DNA of 63,874 nt, the filler included, from an uncultured Methanoregulaceae archaeon (GTDB lineage: Archaea > Halobacteriota > Methanomicrobia > Methanomicrobiales > Methanospirillaceae): the NCBI GenBank assembly GCA_964530035.1. It is 3 parts of 3 records of this genome, joined end to end, with 100 filler letters (N's around TTAATTAATTAA, not from the genome) between each part and the next. Parts side by side here need not be neighbours in the genome. Positions count along the whole stretch, not along the records: positions 45,393 to 63,874 come from CAZGXZ010000031.1; 2 more parts are not named here. One strand, written 5' to 3'. This document shows positions 58,621 to 63,874 of this stretch, piece by piece; position 1 is the first letter of the stretch, and the number at the start of each line of letters is the position of its first letter. The position numbers and the translations under genes were made by a program. The notes under the pieces were generated by a model. The model had not been told where the DNA came from. It saw only the letters and a list, made by a program, of their open reading frames with translations, and made no database searches.

Positions 58621-60408
58621 TCAGTGCACCGTACCTGTCACCCGGTACTTCCCTTCCGGGACGCTCATCTCGAACCGGGCCCCCTTGCCGGGCTCCCCGG
58701 TCTCACGTATGGTTATCCCGGTGATCCCAAGGATCTCCCGGGCAAGGAAGAGGCCGAAACCGGTGTGTTCCCCTACACCCTGCTCGAAGATCCGTTCCTT
58801 CCCGGAAGCAGGGATCCCGCAGCCGTCGTCCTCGTAGATGATGACAGCCCCCCCAGGGCCTGTCTCCGTGAGAAACCGCCCCCGGGTGGCACCCCGGCCG
58901 TGCATCCGCGTGTTCTCGACCAGGTTTGAAAAGACCCTGCCCAGCATGGGGTCGGCAAGGACCTCGAGAGGGGCAAGGTCCAGTTCAACTGGTATCTCAT
59001 GGCTCCCGCTGGCGACAGCCGCGATTACGGTCCCGAGGTCCTGCCATGACGGCTCCTTCTCCCCGAGGTACTGGTAGATCGCGGTAAAGGCGAGGTGGCG
59101 GGAAATCTGCCGGATAATCCCGTCAGCTTCGTCAAGGAATGTTTCGCGACGGCCCGGGTCGGCCTCGGTCCTGGTGAGGTCGAGCGAGCCCTGGAGCGCC
59201 GTCACGAGGTTCGACAGGTCGTGGCGGGTGAGCGATGACATGAGATGCATCTTCCGGTTCGTCCTGGAAAGGGCCTCTTCCACTGCTTTCCGCCCGGTGA
59301 TGTCACGGACGGTCCCCATGCTCGCAACCCTCCCCCTGTGGGTGATTATCCCGACGTCCATCGAGACAAGGACCCTTTTTTCACCGTCCTTATGGAGCAC
59401 GAGGAACTCGTAATGGTCCTCGACCGCCTCACCGGCCTGTCTCCGGCGGTACCTGTCCATGACCATTTCGCGGTGTTCCGGGGCGATGAGCCTGGCTATC
59501 TCCATCCCGATCACCTCCTCCCTCTCATAGCCGGCAATCGCGGCAAAGGCCGCGTTGGAGAAGGCAATCCTGCCGTCCTGGATGATGAAGACGCCGTCCT
59601 GGCTGTGCTCTACGAGTGTCCGGTAGAGCTCCCCCGACTCCCTGAGCCGTGCCTCGGCCTCCCTGGTGTGGGTTATATCCCGTACAAGGCCGATGGCAAC
59701 GGTCCTGGCTCCCATGGATATCGTGGTCGCGTTGACCTCGACCGGGAGTACCGTGCCGTCCGGCCAGAGGTAGTCCACCTCGTAATGACGGAGTCTTCCG
59801 GTCCGCATCAGGTCCTGGAAGGCCTGCAGGGTCGGTTCCCGGTGGTGCGGGACGGTCCATTCCAGGACATGCTGCCCCAGGACCTCGTCCTTCGAGGGTC
59901 GGCCGGTCATCCGGACAAACTCGCTGTTTGCCTCGCATACGGCTCCTTCCCCGTCAAGGACAGCGAAACCCGTCCCGGTCGTCTCGATGAGTGCCCGGTA
60001 CCGTTCCTCGCTTGCTGCGAGGGCTTCCCGGGCCTGCCGGCGCTCCACCGCCGCAAGGACCTTGTGTTCGAGCTCGGCGTACATGACGTCGGAATCGTCC
60101 CCCTTCTGGAGGTAGAAGTCCGCCCCGTTGTCCATGGCCTGGATGGCGACCTCCTCGCGGCCCCTGCCCGTGAACAGGATGAACGGGACGGAGGAACTCT
60201 TCCTGACCTCCTTCAGGAGCTCGATCCCGGACATCCCGACCATCCTGTAGTCAGAGATGATGGCGTCAAAATGGCCCTTCTTAAATTTTTCAAGGGCTGT
60301 CTCGCCTGATAGGGCAGTCTCCACCTCGAACTTCCCTGAACGCCGGAGGTATGCCTGACCGAGCACCAGCATGCTTTCCTCGTCGTCGATATACAGGAGC
60401 CGGATCAA
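58621..60408 (-). CDS. Hybrid REC-PAS-PAS histidine kinase
   Basis: LLYIDDE, ISDYRM, PFILFTGRGREE; two PAS domains; RHDLSN, DDGCG and GFGL. Confidence 0.92.
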   Translation of the reverse strand: MIRLLYIDDEESMLVLGQAYLRRSGKFEVETALSGETALEKFKKGHFDAIISDYRMVGMSGIELLKEVRKSSSVPFILFTGRGREEVAIQAMDNGADFYLQKGDDSDVMYAELEHKVLAAVERRQAREALAASEERYRALIETTGTGFAVLDGEGAVCEANSEFVRMTGRPSKDEVLGQHVLEWTVPHHREPTLQAFQDLMRTGRLRHYEVDYLWPDGTVLPVEVNATTISMGARTVAIGLVRDITHTREAEARLRESGELYRTLVEHSQDGVFIIQDGRIAFSNAAFAAIAGYEREEVIGMEIARLIAPEHREMVMDRYRRRQAGEAVEDHYEFLVLHKDGEKRVLVSMDVGIITHRGRVASMGTVRDITGRKAVEEALSRTNRKMHLMSSLTRHDLSNLVTALQGSLDLTRTEADPGRRETFLDEADGIIRQISRHLAFTAIYQYLGEKEPSWQDLGTVIAAVASGSHEIPVELDLAPLEVLADPMLGRVFSNLVENTRMHGRGATRGRFLTETGPGGAVIIYEDDGCGIPASGKERIFEQGVGEHTGFGLFLAREILGITGITIRETGEPGKGARFEMSVPEGKYRVTGTVH

Positions 60409-60552
60409 GGTCAGCGTGTCTCCGTACTGTCGCCTGCGGGCGTTTCACCCGGGGTTATCCATGGTACATCATTCCCACGAACGGGTATGCCGGCGTGCCG
60501 CCGGAAAAAAAGAGGGGGCCGGGACCCCGTGCCGGAGTTCAGGGGTGTCCTT

Positions 60553-61395
60553 TTAACGCCCCTTCCACTTCACGAAGGTGTACCGCGACTCTTCATAGGA
60601 GCCCGCGGACATGCGCTTGTACGTTTCACCATTCTGCAGGACTTTCATCGTCGGGACGGGCGGGGTCGGGACGGGCTGCGGCGGGATGGCAGGGACGGCC
60701 CAGATGAGGAAGTAGGGCTGCGCCTGGATGCCGGTCATGACCGGGATGCCGCCTGCACTTTCATAGACCGGGCAGTCTGCCCTCGACGAGGTGCCCCCGT
60801 CGAACATGACAGTCACGGACGAGCCGTCGGTCCTCATGTTATATACGACGGGTTCGCCCTTTCCGACCGTCTGCTGGACGAGCGTCCCGGTCTGGTCGCT
60901 GATGTTCACCCCTCCGTATGCCGCATCGCAGACCGTCCCCGAGCAGGTCGAGCAGTCCGGGATGGTCGTCGTCTCTACCTTGTAACCGGCGGCAAGGGGA
61001 GTCTGTATGCCGGACGGGTCGCCGTAGACCCTGGTCGCGACCTCTTTTCCTTTATGGTCGGTGATGATCCTGGCGAGCGATTTCCATTTTCCACCGTCAC
61101 CGCCGAGGATCCTCCCCTCGACCCGGTCCCCAACGGCAATACCTGTGAAAACAATGGTTTTCGCCGAACCGTTTATGTCCTGGGACGATATGGGGTTCCA
61201 CTGGCAATGGGCGCCACTTTCATCATACGAGCATCCGTACCGTGACTCGACGGCAAGCACGAGTGCCCCCGCGGTCTCGTTCGCCGATACCACGGTCCCC
61301 TTGTAGGAGACCTCGAGGACGATTGCCGAGGCCGGAAGGGCTACACATGCCGCTACCAGAGCACATGCTAGAATAAGACCCTTGATGATGTGCAT
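60553..61395 (-). CDS. Hypothetical secreted Cys-containing protein
   Basis: N-terminal signal peptide (LILACALVAACVALPASA); no recognised domain. Confidence 0.65.
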   Translation of the reverse strand: MHIIKGLILACALVAACVALPASAIVLEVSYKGTVVSANETAGALVLAVESRYGCSYDESGAHCQWNPISSQDINGSAKTIVFTGIAVGDRVEGRILGGDGGKWKSLARIITDHKGKEVATRVYGDPSGIQTPLAAGYKVETTTIPDCSTCSGTVCDAAYGGVNISDQTGTLVQQTVGKGEPVVYNMRTDGSSVTVMFDGGTSSRADCPVYESAGGIPVMTGIQAQPYFLIWAVPAIPPQPVPTPPVPTMKVLQNGETYKRMSAGSYEESRYTFVKWKGR

Positions 61396-61580
61396 TGTGT
61401 TCTCTCTCCGATACACCAATCTGCTGGTTGGTGAGGGATAGACCTCTTGTGTTAAAAAGCTATTCCTTTCCTCCCGGACCTGCAGGACCGTATGAAATGC
61501 CCGTCAACACCTTCGGGGAGGGATGGAAGCGGAAAGGAAGAATCAGAACCTTTATTGGCGTTCGGGCACACCTCGTGGTA

Positions 61581-63212
61581 GTGGACCCGGCTACACGTTC
61601 CCTGAGCATCCTCTATGTCGATGACGACCCCCTCATCCTGGACGTCGTACGCCAGATGCTCGGCCACAGCCACGGCATCATCGTCGAGACCGCCCTGTCG
61701 GCACAGGAGGCGCTCGAGAAGTCCGAGCTGGTCAGCTACGACGCCATTGTCTCCGACTACCAGATGCCCGGGATGAACGGACTCGACTTTTTAAAAGAGG
61801 TACGGTCTCGTTCCGGGGCCGTGCCCTTCATCCTGTTCACCGGCCGCGGGAGGGAAGAGGTCGCCATCGAGGCGATCAACCTCGGGGTAGACTTCTACAT
61901 CCAGAAGGGTGCACAGCCGGACTCCCGTTTCAGCGAGCTTGCCGACCGGGTCAGGCAGGCCATCCACCGGAGACGTACCGAGGAGGCGCTCCAGGAGAGC
62001 GAGGAACGGTTCAGGGAGCTTGCCGACAACTCCTCTGACCTCATCATGTTCGTCAACGCCGACCTGAGGTTCACCTACATCTCGCCGTCGTTTGCCACGC
62101 TCACGGGGTACCAACCCGAAGAGGCCCTGGGAGAGCGGCTCGACGGGGACAGCCCGCGGTTCGAGGGAGTCGGGGCGATGATACCGGTCGCCCTGAAGCT
62201 GCCGCGTGGCGGGTCAACCGGGTTTTTTCCTGTCACCATAACGGCACATGACGGAAAAACCGTTGTCTTCGAGATGCAGGGGTCGCCGGTCTTCTCAAAC
62301 GGCGCCTTCCGTGGCATCCAGGTCGTCGGGAGGGACATTACCGAACGGAAACGCACCGAGGTCCAGATCAACGAGACCCCGGAGCGGCTTTCATGCCAGG
62401 AGGAGCTCCTCCGCGCCTGGCAAAGGGACCTGGAACAAAGGGAAGCCCGGGCGGTCCGGGCCGGGATCTCCACCGGATTTGCCGGTGGTGCGGATGCTCC
62501 CGGGCCCTGCCAGGGGGATGAAGGGGACCTCGCAGCGGCAAGGCGGGCCGAAGCCGCGGCCAGGGCCGCAAACAGGAGCCTCAACTCGCTTTCCACGGTC
62601 TTCAGGCACGACGTCCTGAACAGCTACGGCCTTGTCGCCGGCTGGCTGGCGCTCCTCAAGGAGGTCTGCACGACCGATACCCAGAAGGAGTACATCGAAA
62701 AAATCGAGGTTGCGGGCTCCCTCTGCAGGAACCATGCCGAGGCTACGAGGGAGTACCAGGGCCTCGGCAGCCAGGGACCGTTTTGGTTCCGGATTTCGTC
62801 CGTTGCCGAAGGAAACCATGGGATCGCCGTCAGGCTGTCCGAGAGGTGTGAGGGCCTCGAACTCTATGCCGACCCTCTTGTCGGGCGGGTATTTGGCGCC
62901 CTGTTCCGGAACGCCAGGGAGCACGGGGTGAAGGCGACCATGGTAACCATCACCGCAAGGCCATCAGGAGACGGCCTCGTACTGGCGGTCTCGGACGACG
63001 GCGTCGGCATCGCGTCAGAACGGAAGGAGCGTATCTTCAGCCACGAGTACGGAAAGGACACCGGTTTCGGGCTGTTCCTGGCCCGCGAGGTGCTCTCGGT
63101 CACGGGGATATCGGTCCGTGAGTGCGGGACGCCGGGGAGCGGGGCCAGGTTCGAGCTGTCAGTGCCTGCCGGTGCGTTCCGGTACCGGGACGGGCAGGAA
63201 CGTTCACCCTAG
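61581..63212 (+). CDS. Hybrid REC-PAS histidine kinase
   Basis: ILYVDDD, VSDYQMP, PAS domain, RHDVLN, DDGVG and GFGL; start approximate. Confidence 0.88.
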   Translation: MDPATRSLSILYVDDDPLILDVVRQMLGHSHGIIVETALSAQEALEKSELVSYDAIVSDYQMPGMNGLDFLKEVRSRSGAVPFILFTGRGREEVAIEAINLGVDFYIQKGAQPDSRFSELADRVRQAIHRRRTEEALQESEERFRELADNSSDLIMFVNADLRFTYISPSFATLTGYQPEEALGERLDGDSPRFEGVGAMIPVALKLPRGGSTGFFPVTITAHDGKTVVFEMQGSPVFSNGAFRGIQVVGRDITERKRTEVQINETPERLSCQEELLRAWQRDLEQREARAVRAGISTGFAGGADAPGPCQGDEGDLAAARRAEAAARAANRSLNSLSTVFRHDVLNSYGLVAGWLALLKEVCTTDTQKEYIEKIEVAGSLCRNHAEATREYQGLGSQGPFWFRISSVAEGNHGIAVRLSERCEGLELYADPLVGRVFGALFRNAREHGVKATMVTITARPSGDGLVLAVSDDGVGIASERKERIFSHEYGKDTGFGLFLAREVLSVTGISVRECGTPGSGARFELSVPAGAFRYRDGQERSP

Positions 63213-63395
63213 GCCGCCACGGGGGCGGACACTGGTGGCCGCCATGCCATAAGGCGACCAGTCCCTTTTGTCCCTATACAAACCATTATTCTCCATGGAT
63301 CAGGAATCTGTCGCCTCAGGAGGGTTCTTATTGCCCCGGCGGCAATATAACCGGTGCGCTACGGGACCGGCGGCACCCGGTCCCCTTCCTTTCCC

Positions 63396-63874
63396 ATGAC
63401 CGCCATTGAGACCCGGGACCTGACGAAGCACTACGGCAGCCTGTGTGCCGTGGACAACCTCACCCTTGACATATCCAACGAGGTCTTCGGCCTCCTCGGC
63501 CCGAACGGCTCCGGAAAGACGACGACCGTGCTCATGCTGACAACGCTCCTCTCCCCGACGGGGGGGTCTGCACGGGTCTGCGGGTACGATGTGCGGAAGG
63601 AGTCGGCCGAGGTCAGGAGGCGGATCAGCTACGTCCCCCAGGACATGGCGGTCGACATCAAGCTGACCGGCAGGGAGAACGTCCTGTTCTTCGCCAAGCT
63701 GTACAACGTCCCGCACCGCGAGGAGAAGGCCGCCGAGGTACTCAGGGTCATGGACCTTTCCGACCGTGCCGATGACCTGACCGGGACGTACTCGGGCGGC
63801 ATGAGGCGGCGGCTCGAGCTCGCCCAGGCGCTCGTCCACGAACCCGAGGTCCTGTTCCTCGACGAACCGACGAT
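63396..63874 (+). CDS. ABC transporter ATP-binding protein (DrrA-like), truncated by window end; absent from the ORF track
   Basis: MTAIETRDLTKHYG...GLLGPNGSGKTT...YSGGMRRRLELA...LFLDEPT. Confidence 0.92.
   Translation, partial: MTAIETRDLTKHYGSLCAVDNLTLDISNEVFGLLGPNGSGKTTTVLMLTTLLSPTGGSARVCGYDVRKESAEVRRRISYVPQDMAVDIKLTGRENVLFFAKLYNVPHREEKAAEVLRVMDLSDRADDLTGTYSGGMRRRLELAQALVHEPEVLFLDEPT

Overview
Archaeal methanogen DNA, most consistent with Methanomicrobiales (mch, methanogenesis marker 12, archaeal porCDAB, psmB, aCPSF1, Sec61beta, pelota, Cdc6, REC-PAS histidine kinases). The window is three contigs joined by artificial N-TTAATTAATTAA-N linkers (22663-22762 and 45293-45392), so adjacency across those gaps is not real evidence. 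Contig 1 (1-22662) is housekeeping: phosphate and polyphosphate genes (DUF47, PiT, ppk1, CHAD, ppx), a bacterial-type ruvCAB coupled to ppk1-CHAD, nth, tRNA-Pro(UGG), pyrH, aCPSF1-psmB, Sec61beta and pelota-rqcH. Contig 2 (22763-45292) carries a ~16.5 kb phage-tail-like locus with no head or packaging genes in view. It has a tail-assembly-chaperone pair with a probable -1 frameshift, a tape-measure-position protein, a Mu-like DNA-circulation protein, a late-control-D hub with a long coiled-coil extension, a candidate cargo protein, a gpV spike, PAAR, gp25, baseplate J, a gpI-like wedge, a fibre-like protein and a cap-like protein. This candidate archaeal contractile injection system or tailocin is the main find; its sheath and tube genes are presumably lost at the contig break. 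It is followed by an amber-interrupted 7TM histidine kinase and a large secreted beta-helix protein. Contig 3 (45393-63874) is visibly more GC-rich core methanogen sequence. All family calls come from motif recognition by eye; no database searches were run.
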